Shown in pieces: positions 42,556 through 55,987 of a stretch of DNA of 64,000 bases. The translations under genes were made by a program, and so were the position numbers. Position 1 is the first letter of the stretch, and each line of letters starts with the position of its first letter. Below the pieces are notes generated by a model. It saw only the letters and a list, made by a program, of their open reading frames with translations, was not told the origin of the DNA and made no database searches. The DNA is taken from the NCBI GenBank assembly GCA_951406725.2, contig OX597828.1, forward strand, positions 60,016,001 to 60,080,000, in the 5' to 3' direction. The stretch comes from Octopus vulgaris (Eukaryota).

Positions 42556-45463
42556 ATCTGCAGCAAAAGCATGCCATTACTATTGCACTTCCCCACCCCA
42601 TGCCTTCCAATTACAGTCCATGTGTTAAAATCCCTACCCACTCTAGCATTAAAGTCACCCAGTAAGATGACTTTGTCTGCCCGAGGGATATTTCTTATAA
42701 TGCTCTTCAAAGCATGGTAGAAAGAAAGTTTTTCGTCATCAGTATAGCACATAGTTGGAGCATACACACTCACCAAGGTCATATAATTTCCTTTAGCCAA
42801 AGGAATTCTCATGGACATAAGACACTCATTAAATCCGATTGGGACTTCTTCCAACTTGTCCACAAGAGTAGTCTTAACAGCAAATGCCACTCCAGCTTCT
42901 CCTCTAAACTCTTCATTCCTCCCTTTCCAAAAGAATGTATATTTTCCACAAGATTCTGTAAGATGACCATCTCCAGGTAATCTCGTCTCAGATAAAGCAA
43001 CGATGTCAAGATCATAGCGTTGAAGCTCCTTCGCAACAAACGCAGTCCTTCTTTCAGGACATTCAGAGGACTTGCGGTCCAGCAATGTCTGTACATTCCA
43101 ACAGCCAATATTCACTATTTTCTTTGCACAAAAGTGAAATTAGTCACAAAACATAAAATCTGAGCTGCAGGGATTACCCTGCCTAAAAGACTGAATGTTG
43201 ATCGTCTTAGGTATAATAGTGTGAAGAGAACTTTACGAGAGGAAATGAATGCTGCAGATATTGGGGAGGATTGGCCGACCCTTAAAAGTCAGTTTATGAT
43301 ATAGGCAAGAAAGTTCTGGGATTGATACAAAGAAAGCATCAAGATTGGTTCAAAGAAAATGATGAACATATAGATGATTTATTGGCTGATAAAAGACGTA
43401 CTTTGTCATGCTATTTGTCAGCAAAGCCACAGGAAAGGGAAGTGTTGCATAGGGAACTCAAGGATGTAAAATCACGTGTGAGGCAAAGGCTCTCTCAGAT
43501 GAGGGATACGTGGTGGAGTAAGAAGGCTGACGAGATACAGGCAGCATCAGATTCCAATAACACAAAGCTGTTGTATGGTCTCTTGCGAGAAGTTTATGGA
43601 CCATCTTCCCTGATGACACCACTTCGAAGCAGGGATGGTAAAGAACTTCTTCGTGATTCACAAGGAATTCTGCGAATGTGGCAAGAACACTTTGATGAAC
43701 TTTTGAATCAGCAGCCTGATACATTGCAGATTGTGTTCTTCCAGAAAGTCAATCTGGCTTTCGTGTGGGACGTGGCACTGCTGATATGATCTTTTCAGCT
43801 AGACAGCTTCAGGAAAAGTGTGTGGAACAGGGTCTGGATTTGTATCAGGTTTTTGTCGATCTGACAAAAGCCTTTGATACCGTCAATAGAAAAGCATTGT
43901 GGAAAGTCCTCCAGAAACTTGGGTATCCTGAAAAGTTCCTTGCTTTGGTTAGGTCTTTTCATGAAGACATGAATGGTAGGGTGAATGTTAGAGGGAAAAT
44001 GTCGGAGCCCATTTCAATACAAAATGGAGTGAAACAGGGAGATATTCTGGCACCGACCCTATTTTCCATATATTTCGCGATGGTGTTCTGTATTGCATTC
44101 AGAAACTGCAGATACGGTGTTTACGTCCATTATTGAACCTCTGCCAGCATATTTAATATCAGGTGCCTTGCTGCAAAAACAAAGATATTTACCTCTATCA
44201 TAAGAGACCTTTTGTATGCAGATGATTGTGAGCTAGTAGCACACACAGAGATTGATATGCAACACATTTTGAATGCATTCTCTGATACTTGCACTGTCTT
44301 AGGATTGACAGTCAGTCTCAAGAAAACTGTTGTCATGCATCAACCTGCCCCTGTTAAGCAGTATAGTGTACCAAATATCTATGTGAATGGTAAATGACTT
44401 GATGTAGTTGATCAGTTTGTCTACCTGGGAAGCACTATTAATAGATATGGCAATGTGGATGATGAAATTCCGTATAGAATTAGGAAAGCAAGTGTTGCTT
44501 TCGGAAGGCTAGAAAAGCGCCTCTGGAGTCGGCGAGACATATGCAGAAAGACAAAGATAAAGGTGTACAAGGCATATGTGCTCCCTTCTCTTCTCTATGC
44601 CTGTGAGACATGGGTCACATATCGATACCACCTTAAACAACTGGAACGTTTCCATCAGATGTGCCTCAGACAGGTCTATGGCATTAAGTGGAAGGTCCGC
44701 ATTAGTGATCTTGAAATATTGGAAGGCTTTCGGTGTGAAAGTATAGAAGCTCTTGTGTTAAAGCAAAGGCTCAGATGGAATGGTCATCTGGTCAGAATGA
44801 AGGATTCAAGGATGCCAAAACAACTCTTTTATGGAGAGTTAGCTAAAGGAGAACGACTCCACATAAATCAAAAAAGAGGTATAAGGACTTGCTGAAGGCT
44901 TCCTTAAGAGATGCTTGCATCTCTCCTGACACATGGGAAGGCATAGCTATTGATCATAGCAAGTGGAGAAGGATTGTGCATGAGGGGACAGCCACTTTTG
45001 AGAAATCTCGAGTTGCACATGAGAAAGTAAGGAGGTATGTCAGGAAGGGCATCACTGTTACACTACCAGAAGGGATGGGTCTTCTTTTGATTCTGACCTG
45101 CAATGTCTGTGCAAGACCCTGCCTCAGTAAAGCTGGACTCATGAGTCATCTTCATAGTCATAAAACGAGACAGATGAGTGACAACCTGGCCACTGGTGGT
45201 GGTGTAACACACCATACTAATCATATCTGTCGGGCATGTGGAAGAGAGTGTAATTCAGCAGGAGGACTTAAATGACATGCAAAGGTACATGAATCCCAGT
45301 TACAACTACAGCTGGCTATTACCGGTAAAGGTATTAGTTGCCAATTCTGTACAAGACATTGTAGATCTTTGGCTGAGCTAAAAAGTCACATTCGATCACA
45401 GCACCAGTAACAGTTAAGCTTCGTGCAACGGCCATACTCGATATATCGAGGGAGCAACCATAA
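42556..45463 (+). mobile_element. BovB-like RTE LINE with 5' inversion (endonuclease part on minus, 42556-43125) and C-terminal C2H2 fingers
   Basis: Minus: NIGCWNVQTL, PERRTA, ALSETR, GDFNARVG. Plus: HQDWF.END, DLTKAFDTVNR, GVKQGDILAPTLF, YADDC, RLRWNGH, RMPKQLFYGEL. Confidence 0.9.
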
Positions 45464-45464
45464 G

Positions 45465-45496
<32 letters not shown>

Positions 45497-46306
45497 TTTT
45501 TGAAGTGATGTACAGATATAGTATATTTAGAATAGTTAGTCAGAATGCTGGATGATTGTATATAATTTTTTATTTACACTTTTAGCGCTTTCTTCCTTAA
45601 TCGGATTTATCAAAAAGTGGTTTAAAGTTAGATTCCTTGGCGTTTTGATATACAAAAAATTTGTGGGGTTTGCCAAGCAAGGGGGAAGAAAGAAGAAAAG
45701 ATTTTTGAGTAGGAGTTGGAGGTAAAGAGGCATGGCTTTTGTATTAGTATGGTCAGACTTGTTTGTTTAGTAGTTAGTGACCTTTTAGTGCGGGGAAGGA
45801 AAAATTATTTTTGCATTTGAATTGGTCAAGGTTTTAATTGAAAACCCAGATGTTGTTTTTGACTTTTTCTGTAAAAATTATAATTGCATTTCCAGGTCTT
45901 TTCTATTTTCATCAAATTTGCTTGCTTAGGTATCCATGCTGATATTATAAAAACATTGCTGAAGTTTATATATTTTATCAATGATTACTCGATAATACAA
46001 ACAAAAAAAATAAATAAATAAAATAGCTTTTTCAACAGTGTGGTGAGCCACTTGCATTTTGAGCTGATATTTGGATGATAATTATGCAACCCAATCTTTT
46101 TTAACATGTTTTATGTTGGATATGCTAGAGTTTATATAGAAGGCAAAATCAGTATGAATCTATTAACACATGGTATACAAGGTATTCAGGCTATATTTGG
46201 CAGTTTGCACAAAAGGAAAAGAAAACACAATATCCCATTCAAAAATAAAAGTGTGTTACAAAAATCAAAATATATCAATGAGATTATGGTTGAGGAGTAA
46301 ACGGTT

Positions 46307-46922
46307 TACTCAAAGCGGTTGACTTCAGCTTCCACCATGGTCTCAAGGCAGCTCCTGGCATATGCTTTCTTCACAGTGGCCCTGAGAATACCTTTGAATA
46401 CCTCCTTAATCTTTCTCACCAGTAGAAAATGTGGTATCTTTCTCAACTCTGCCCCACACAGAGTAATCCATGAGATTAAAAATGGGGGAATTAGGAAGCA
46501 AGAAAGAAGGGATGGTGAAGTCATAAAAATTCTCTGACAACCACTTCTGACTTTTTTGGGTGGTATAGTAAGGAGCTGAATCCTGTTGTCACACATATAG
46601 CCTTCCAGCAGCAACCCTCTCCAGCTAGGGTTTGACCAGTCTCCAACAGCTTCACATAGCTATCTAAATTGAGCCTAAGGCTCTGTTCAAATATGTGGGG
46701 TGGAATTCCAGTATGCAGACAATCAGAATGCCTGCTGTGTACCTTCCTGCTAGTTATGACTTTGTATTCTCTGTTGCAGCTGTCCTTGTCACAACTTATA
46801 GCCTTTACAGTATTCACAGAGCATTGAGCATCAGTCATGATAACAGCATTTTGATACCTGGCACAAATCCTCTTGATAGAGGAAACTCTTTTCCAATATT
46901 CAGATGGCTTCCAGTCCTCCAT
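46307..46922 (-). pseudogene. Tc1/mariner (DD37D/maT-like) transposase remnant
   Basis: PPHIFEQSLRLNLDSYVKLLET, then VKPWLERVAAGRLYV.QQDSAP....SQKWLSENF; internally deleted. Confidence 0.65.
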
Positions 46923-47237
46923 GTCAGCTAACTTTTTCTCTATTACAACTTTAATCTCTCCAAAGCCATTGATCGGTCATCTCTACAAGCTGTTCCTGAA
47001 AAAATGAGACTTCTAAAATCATCAAATTCAGCCCAAACATCCAGTATTGCAGCTCAATACTTTTTAGATATTGGTTGTTTTGATAGAATTGCAGAATATA
47101 CTCATATATTGAACATATGTATAGAGAAACATTTTTCTTCAGTTTTCTATTCATAATGTTTTGGTCAAATATTCCACACACTGGAATATTTGTCAAATGT
47201 AGTACTTGTAATATGTATGTTCGTGTGTGTGTATGTA

Positions 47238-47282
<45 letters not shown>

Positions 47283-47298
47283 CTTTTTCATTCCTTAG

Positions 47299-47403
47299 GA
47301 AGGTTTGCTGTCAAGCCTAACTCAACTCTCCACAATTACATTGTCTCGGAATGTTTTTCAATCCTATCCATCAGGTGGTCCTTCGCAGTTTTGCTCAGCA
47401 TAT
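47299..47403 (+). CDS. SHOC2: Next coding exon of the SHOC2/Sur-8 homologue
   Basis: ttccttAG acceptor and GTAAGT donor. The 105 nt translate to [35 protein letters not shown], the SHOC2 segment that directly follows ...ISSLP. The phase-0 junction is compatible with exon 226-319. Confidence 0.92.
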
Positions 47404-47759
47404 GTAAGTATATCCAATTAGATTTTGTTTTATTAACCTATTATATTACATGCCTGTTATATTATATCCCCTTATATTATATGCCCTTTCTTGCAAGCAG
47501 AGAGAAAATGGTAAAATAATAGTGACATAACATCCTTAGTTACATTTTATTACATATTCTTAAGTTGTTTGAATAAATATGTTGTTGGTTTTACTTGTTT
47601 ATGCAATCATAACAATGTATAAGATTTAATATGAGAGTTTGATAAGTTAATTTTCCATAAGAATTGTAAAATCTAATGTTTTGGAACTCGTCTTTTGTTT
47701 GAAAGTAATAGTTAAAGTGCTACAGTCATTTGGGCTGAAATAAATATATAGCTACACAC

Positions 47760-48590
47760 ACCCACACACATCAACCCCAAAATGATGAAAGGCAAAATCA
47801 ACCTCAGCAGCTTTTGAACTCAGAATGTAAAGAGTTGGAAGGAATGTTGCAAACCATTTTGTCTGGCACAATAATGATTCTGAAGTCATGTGGTCCAGTG
47901 GTTAGGACGTTGCACTCATGATCACTGGATCATAGGTTCACTTCTTGAATCAGGAAGCATGTTGTGTTCTTGAGCAAAACATTTCATTTCACATTGCTCT
48001 GCAGGTGGGAGAAGGGCAGAATTGTTGGCGCATCTGCAGAGATGCTTTATGGTCTGTCTATCTTCCAGCTCTCTAGTTTCTGAGTTCAAATCCCACCTGC
48101 CTGGAGAAAGCAATTGGAAACTACTCCACTGTTCATATCAAGTCTAGTTATGTTAACTGAAGTTTTGGTAATCTAATTAACTGTCCAGAGTACTGACCCT
48201 CTTAGGTTGTGTAGAGAGTGCTAGAGAAGGTTAATATGCACAGGATCTTCCCAAGAGCAAAACACTAATATATGTATGTATAGGCGCAGGCATGGATGTG
48301 TTTGTTTGCTTCATAACCACTTTGTTCTGGGTCCAACTTCACTGCATAGCACCTTAGGTAAGTGTCTTCTACAGTTCTGGGCTGACCAAAATAGTGTGAG
48401 TGGATTTGGTAGATGGAAATGGAAAGAAACCTGTCATGCATGTAATCTAGCAGTTCAGTAAAAAAAGATCAATACTAAAGTTAGAAAAAATTAGTACTGG
48501 GGCCATTCTGTTTGAGTAAACCCTTCGAAGTGGTGCCCCATCATGGCTACAGTCTAATGACTGAAACATGTAAAAGGTAAAAGATGTATG
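47760..48590. mobile_element. Cluster of decayed tRNA-type SINE fragments
   Basis: A/B-box-like heads (gtggtccagtggttagg, gagttcaaatccc), a copy similar to 7557-7692, and a tail ggtgccccatcatggctacagtctaatgactgaaac. Confidence 0.6.
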
Positions 48591-48606
48591 TGTGTGTGTG
48601 TGTGTT

Positions 48607-48652
<46 letters not shown>

Positions 48653-48679
48653 CATACATTTTTTTACCTTATATATATA

Positions 48680-49963
48680 TTGGGTTGTCCGGAAAGTTCA
48701 TGCCGATTTATAGGAGCTTACCTTTCGACTTATTTTAGAATATGGTTGAGTCCATAAAAAAGGATTTGACTACACCTCCATTTAGAGCACAGTTTAAGCT
48801 ATCTTTTCGTGGAAGAAGGTTTATGTTCCTATAACCTGTGTTAATTCTGTAACCCTTTAAAATGGAAGATAAGAAAGTTCATTTTCAGCACTTGATGCTT
48901 TTCTTTTTCCGTAAAGGGAAAAATGCCTCACAAGCAACCAAAGAAATATGCGCAGTTTACGGTGATGTTTCTTTATCCGAAAGAACTGTACGAAAGTGGT
49001 TTGCAAGGTTCCGAGCAGGAGATTGTAGCCTTATTGATAAAGAGTGATCAGGAAGACCATCCACTACAGATGATGACCACATCAAATCATTAATTGAGAA
49101 TAACCCACATTGCACAACCCGAAAATTGGTAGAAAGCCTCAACCTATCAAAATCCGTCATTCATGAACATCTGGTAAAGCTTGGGTACACAAATCACTAC
49201 AATATTTGGGTACCACATGAGTTGAGTGAGAAGAACCTTTTGGATCACATTTACATCTGTGATTCACTTTATAAACGGAATGAAAACGTGCCTTTTTTAA
49301 AGCAAATTGTGACAGGTGATGAGAAATGGATTGTCTACTGAAATGTTCAGAGAAAGCAATCCTGGAGTAAGCGACATGAGCCACGATTAGCCACCCCAAA
49401 AGAGGGTCTTCACACTAAAAACAGCTTGCTTTGTGTCTGGTGGGATTGGAAAGGAATTCTGTACTATGATCTTCTCCCAAGTAACCAGACAATTAATTCT
49501 GAGAAATACTGCACACAACTAGACGAGTTAAAAGCAGCAATTCAAGAGAAACATCCAGTATTGGCCAACAGGAAGGGTGTTGTTTTCCAACATGATAATG
49601 CAAGACCGCACGTTTCTTTGGGAACCAGACAAAAATTGCTGCAGCACGGCTGGGATGTGTTACCCCGCCCTCCATATTCACCAAATATTGTTCCTTCGGA
49701 TTTCAACTTATTCACATCTCTGCAGAATAGTCTTAATAGTAAAAATTTCAATTCCTTGGATCACGTAAAAAGATACCTTGATGAATTCTTTGCCATGAAA
49801 CCACCTCAATTCTGGGAAGAGGGTATTTTCAAGTTAAAGGAAAGATGGAGACACATTGTGCAACAAAATGGTTTATATTTGGTTGATTAAAAATGTAATG
49901 GCAAGTATTTATTGACCTTTTTCTTTCCTCTAAAAATCGATGCGAACTTTCCTGACAACCCAA
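48680..49963 (+). mobile_element. Full-length mariner (DD34D) with inactivated transposase 48862-49890
   Basis: TIRs ttgggttgtccggaaagttc / gaactttcctgacaacccaa flanked by TA; WVPHEL, TGDEKW, HDNARPH, YSPNIVPSDF; two in-frame TGA stops. Confidence 0.95.
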
Positions 49964-49982
49964 TATATATAAATATATATAT

Positions 49983-50222
49983 ATGGTGGCATGTAAAAAG
50001 CACCAATCCGATCATGGCCGTTGCCAGCCTCGCCTGGCACCTGTGCCAGCGGCACGAAAAAAGTACCCACTACACTCACGGAGTGGTTGCTGTTAGGGAG
50101 GGCATCCAGCTGTAGAAACACTGCCAGATCAGACTGGAGCCTGGTGCAGCCTTCTGGCTTCCCAGATCCCGGTCAAACTCACCAACCCATGGAAAACGGA
50201 TGTTAAACGATGATGATGATGA
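49983..50222 (+). mobile_element. RTE 3'-tail fragment
   Basis: Same 3' UTR motifs and (GAT)n tail. Confidence 0.85.
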
Positions 50223-51501
50223 TATATATATATATATATAATAAGTATGTTTTAAAATGCCACTGCCTTGACAGAAATTAATAATGCACATTATGAACTC
50301 ATTTCTAATTTAGGAATGCTAGACAGAACTCAACCTTACTCACCAAAATCTCCCACTGTACCCTTAGGGACCATAAGATAGATTTCCAGTCGAAACCTTC
50401 TATTAGAATTTGCCCTGCAAAATCTGATTTGGGCAGAATCAGAAAATCCATAATTGACAGAATTGTCCCTTTGGTTAAGCATAATGTTGCATTACCCTTA
50501 TGGAACTCTACCGGAGATGTGATCTCTTGGTTCCATTCCCTTATTGATAAAAACATCCACTAGTTCAATATTTCAAATTACTATGCATCGATCTCCTCTA
50601 TTTTGCTTAACAAAGTATTAATATTCACCTGTTATTTAACTGACATCCCAGGATGACCTTGATCAATTACAATGATCAAAATTCGGTAAGGACTAATTCC
50701 ATGAGCCTATTCAATATAATGAAGACTCAACACAGATTATGGATTTAGTGGGCCTGTATCTCCTTGCGAAAATAAAAGTAACTTCCCTAATCTCTCTGGG
50801 GGTTTATATAGCGACGATGCCATATTTATTGCACATGGTCTGTCAAATCCCCCTGCTGAAATGGTAAAAAGGAATTAACAGAAATTTTTTTTAAATTTCT
50901 TTAATCTTGATATCATTTTCGATATCAACTCCAAAGTGGCTAATTTCCTCGATGTAACATTAGACTTGAACATGGAGCTTTACTATCCATCCCGAAAGCC
51001 AAACCAAACCCTCCAGTATATCAACATTTCCTCTAATCACCCTAGCTTAACTATTAGCATTGTAGTCACTATCTCTATTAGGGTGTCAAATCTATCTGCT
51101 AACAAGGAAATCTTCAATCAATACATCTTTATATATAATAATGCCTTGAAATTAAGTGGGATTCATAAAAGTATCTACTATATACCAGATACTAAATTAA
51201 AAAGAAAGATCGCAAATATTGATCCTTATAATAGCATAGGTATAAGCAGAGTAGTTCATCTAAATGATACTAGCACAAATCAACCACATGTTAACCATTT
51301 CGTTACTATATTTCTGACCAAAATACACCGCTCCTGAGTTTCAATTAAATTCTAAAATAATCATGAATTTAGGCTTGTTTCATTAAATAACTGTAACTTT
51401 TTTACTTATCAACATATTAATGTGGTATTTGGAACATAATTAAAGAAAGGATTCTTAATCAATTCTATTGCATAACTTTTGTCTCAAAGTGACTTTAATT
51501 A

Positions 51502-51834
51502 TGAAAGCTCAAAATCTCTCGTGGAAGCGCCATCCAACCAAAATGCAAATATATGGGAAACTACCACCTGTGTCATCTCTTGTGAAAGGTAGGAGAGTCC
51601 AGTTTGCTGGACATTGTTGTAGAGCTGAAAAAGAAGTAATTTCTACTCTTCTCCTCTGGGAGCCATCTACTCGCAATACCAGAGGGCGCACACTCTCCTA
51701 CCCTGATGTAATCTCCAGGGATACAGGCATCCAGCAACAGGACCTCCGTAATGCCATGATGGACCGTGAAGTCTGGCGTAGCATGGTAAATTCCATTGTC
51801 TCGACCACGGTCGAACAATGATGAATAATGATGA
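51502..51834 (+). mobile_element. 5'-truncated RTE-like 3' fragment with 12 bp TSD
   Basis: RRVQFAGHCCR...MMDREVWR; TGACTTTAATTA duplicated at 51490-51501 and 51835-51846. Confidence 0.85.
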
Positions 51835-52109
51835 TGACTTTAATTACAGGTAAATTGAGCAAAAGGTAAAAATATTAAAATTTTGTTTAAACATCACCAT
51901 AGAAAATGAATCAGCAGCTAATAGTCAAATGGGTATGCAACAAAATTTTGAAAAAAGAAGAATTGTGCACATCACTAGATCATCAGTTGAATTTAATGCA
52001 CAACAGGTGTACCATAAAGGTGGAATAAACTGAAATACTGGAATCCACTGCAAGTTTGACCGAACTAAAGAAATCAGTCAAAAAATAATATACGGCCCTG
52101 GTTATGGTA

Positions 52110-52870
52110 TCATCATCATCATCGTTTAACGTCCGTTTTCCGCGCTACCACGGGTTGGACGGTTTCGACCGGGGTCTGGGGAGCTAGGGACTGCCCCAGG
52201 CTCCAGTCTAGTCTGGCAGTGTTTCTACAGCTGGATGCCCTTCCTAACGCCAACCACTCCGCGAGTGTAGTGGGCGTTTTTTACGTGCCACCTGCACAGG
52301 TGCCAGAGGGGTCTGGCATCGGCCACGTTCGGATGGTGCTTTTTATGTGGGGGGGGGTGCAGAAATATATAGGGGAGCACCAGTGGGGAGGGGTGGTTCA
52401 GAGAAATGATGACAGGTTCTAGGCAAGTAGAACGTAGGATATCAAGAGAGGGGTAATGCATGGTGAAATAGCGTGTTGAAGAGGGGGTTCGAAGAGTAGA
52501 CACCTATAATGGTGGTGGGAGAAGCGACATCCGGTATAGATGGAACAAAAATATAGAGATATCCAGTATTGGTATTGGTGGTGGGGGTGGGCAAGGGCGG
52601 GTGCACTGGGAATATGCGAAGGTTGAACTTTAGAGAAACGGGCGGGAATGGCGATGTTTTTAGGGTGGCATATAGAAAGAAAAGGAAAGCAAAGCAGATT
52701 GGTGGTTATAAGTTCAAAACATTTAAACGGTAGACAAATGTATGTATGTATGAAAAAGAAGGGAGAAAATCTTCTTAGCTTGCTTATGGACATCGCTGTA
52801 AGTCGGGGAAGAAATGATAGTGAATGGTGGAGATCGAATTAAAGGATTGAAGGTTGAACTTCAGAGAAGG
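52110..52870 (-). mobile_element. Chimeric RTE-tailed non-autonomous element (copy 2)
   Basis: Matches 33115-33605; 5' boundary uncertain. Confidence 0.72.
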
Positions 52871-52879
52871 AAGTGATAA

Positions 52880-53235
52880 ATTCCAGACCACATCGTTCCC
52901 TAGGCCATGCTGACTAACATTATTTTCCCTGTATAAAAACTAAATCCACAGCAGTACCCAGTATTTACTTCACAAATTTTCCGAAATTTGATCCCCCATT
53001 TTGTGTTTGTTTACAATCTGCGTAAATTTGTTTCCGTAGTGATCACTTCAAACAATAACTTCCAGATCACATCGTACCCTAAGCCATACTGACTAATACT
53101 ATTTTCCCTGTATAAAAACTAAATCCTCAACAGTAACCAGTATTTGCTTCACAAATTTTCCAAACTTTGATCCCCCATTTTGTGTTTGTTTACAATCTGC
53201 GTAAATTTGTTTCCGACGTGATCGCTCCAAACAAG
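52880..53235. repeat. Two tandem ~180 bp units inside the piggyBac-like element
   Basis: ttccaga(c/t)cacatcgt...ccattttgtgtttgtttacaatctgcgtaaatttgtttcc occurs twice. Confidence 0.88.
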
Positions 53236-53621
53236 CACACTGAAAAAAATAAGGTCTAATGATTTCGCTTCTAAGAAAGACTATAGATAAACTATCTCCT
53301 CAGAAAAATTGCTAATAAAAACATTTTTAAAGTTTTTTACTACATTCCGATGTAAAATCGTCTTTGCTGTCGCCATCACTGCTTTGTTTCTTCGGAATCG
53401 CTGCTTTCAGTTAACGGATAAAAAAATATCCTATTAATTATTGTACACCACGTGCTTTTGACCGCATTCATTCTTTTTCTCGATATCTCCCTATTTTCCG
53501 TTGAAAAAGCTTTAAATTCGGAATCAATGCTTGATAACATGAAACTCCTATCCATTTTCAAAGTTGAAGAAAAATCGATGCCGAAAACAATGTGGAAAAA
53601 AATCTCCCAAAATTCAGGGAA

Positions 53622-55987
53622 GTTCGGATGGTTTTCTTGTGTGCCACCGGCACTGGTACCCCAAAGATACAAATTCCATTGATGTTCATCTATTTTGATT
53701 TGTTTTGATTTTGATTTTCACTTGCCTCAGCAGGTCTTCACAAGTGTCACAAGAAGGAAGGTATGCACAGGTGGACTGACTACGTCCCAGGTAGGGGCCA
53801 CGGGTTATGGCCTGACTAGTCTTGCCGGATCTTCGGAAGGTGTTTTTATGTGCCACCGACACAGGTGCCAGATGAGGCTGGCGAACGGCCACGATCGGAT
53901 GGTGTTTCTTATGTGCCCACAGCATGGAGGCCAGTCGATGCGGTACTGGCTACAGCCACGTTCGGATGGCTTTCTTGTGTGCCACCGGCACTGGTACCAC
54001 AAAGATACAATTTCCATTGATGTTCATCTATTTTGATTTGTTTTGATTTTGATTTTGATTTTCACTTGCCTCAACAGGTCTTCACAAGTGTCACAAGAAG
54101 GAAGGTATGCACAGGTGGACTGAATACGTCCCAGGTAGGGGCCACGGGTTATGGCCTGACTAGTCTTGCCGGGTCTTCGGATGGTGTTTTTATGTGCCAC
54201 CGACACAGCTGCCAGATGAGGCTGGCGAACGGCCACGATCGGATGGTGTTTGTTGTGCCCACAGCACGGAGGCCAGTCGATGCGGTACTGGCTACGGCCA
54301 CATTCGGATGGTTTTCTTGTGTGCCACCGGCACTGGTACCACAAAGATACAAATTCCATTGATGTTCATCTATTTTGATTTGTTTTGATTTTCACTTGCC
54401 TCAGCAGGTCTTCACAAGTGTCACAAGAAGGAAGGTATGCACAGGTGGACTGACTACGTCCCAGGTAGGGGCCACGGGTTATGGCCTGACTTGTCTTGCC
54501 GGGTCTTCTCATGCACAGCATACTTCCATAGGTCTCGGTCTCTAGTCATTTCCTTGGTGAGACCTAAAGTTCGAAGGTCGTGCTTCACCACCTCGTTCCA
54601 GGTTTTCCTGGGTCTACCTCTTCCACAGGTTCCCTCAACTGCTAGGGTGTAGCACTTTTGCACACAACTATCTTCAGCCATTCTCGTCACATGACCATAC
54701 CAGCGCAGCCGTCTCTCTTGCACACCACAACTGACGCTTCTTAGGTTCAACTTTTCTCTCAAGGTACTTACACTCTGACGATTATGAACACTGACATTAC
54801 ACATCCATTGGAGCATACTGGCTTCATTTCTTGCGAGCTTACGCATATCCTCAGCAGTCACGGCCCATGTTTCACTACCATGTAGCATGGCTGTACGTAC
54901 ACATGCATCATACAGTCTGCCTTTTACTCTGAGCGAGAGGCCTTTTGTCACCAGCAGGGGTAAGAGCCAGTACCGTATCGACTGGCCATCATGCTGTGGG
55001 CACATAACAAACACCATCCGATCGTGGCTGTTCGCCAGCCTCATCTGGCACCTGTGTCGGTGGCACATAAAAACACCATCCGAAGACCCGGCAAGACTAG
55101 TCAGGCCATAACTCGTGGCCCCTACCTGGGACGTAGTCAGTCCACCTGTGCATACCTTCCTTCTTGTGACACTTGTGAAGACCTGTTGAGGCAAGTGAAA
55201 ATCAAATCAAATCAAAACAAATCAAAATAGATGAACATCAATGGAATTTGTATCTTTGTGGTACCAGTGCCGGTGGCACACAAGAAAACCATCCGAACGT
55301 GGCCATAGCCAGTACCGCATCGACTGGCCTCCGTGCTGTGGGCACGTAACAAACACCATCCGATCGTGGGCGTTCGCCAGCCTCATCTGGCACCTGTGTC
55401 GGTGGCACATAAAAACACCATCCGAAGACCCGGCAAGACTAGTCAGGCCATAACCCGTGGCCCCTACCTGGGACGTAGTCAGTCCACCTGTGCATACCTT
55501 CCTTCTTGTGACACTTGTGAAGACCTGTTGAGGCAAGTGAAAATCAAATCAAATCAAAATAGATGAACATCAATGGAATTTGTATCTTTGTGGTACCAGT
55601 GCCGGTGGCACACAAGAAAACTATCCGAACGTGGCCGTAGCCAGTACCGCATCGACTGGCCTCCGTGCTGTGGGCACGTAACAAACACCATCCGATCGTG
55701 GACGTTCGCCAGCCTCATCTGGCACCTGTGTCGGTGGCACATAAAAACACCATCCGAGCATGGCCGTTCGCCAGCCTCGTCTGGCACCTGTGTCGGTGGC
55801 ACATAAAATCACCCACTACACTCTCGGAGTGGTTGGCGTTAGGAAGGGCATCCAGCTGTAGAAACACTGCCAGATCTGACTGGCCTGGTGCAGCCTTCGG
55901 GCTCCCCAGACCCCAGTTGAACCGTCCAACCCATGCTAGCATGGAAAGCGGACGTTAAATGATGATGATGATGATGATGATGATGAT
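53622..55987 (+). mobile_element. 5'-inverted RTE insertion whose 3' UTR has ~330 bp tandem repeats
   Basis: Minus-oriented repeats and ORF end (53622-54967) joined to plus-oriented repeats ending in (GAT)n. Confidence 0.88.
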
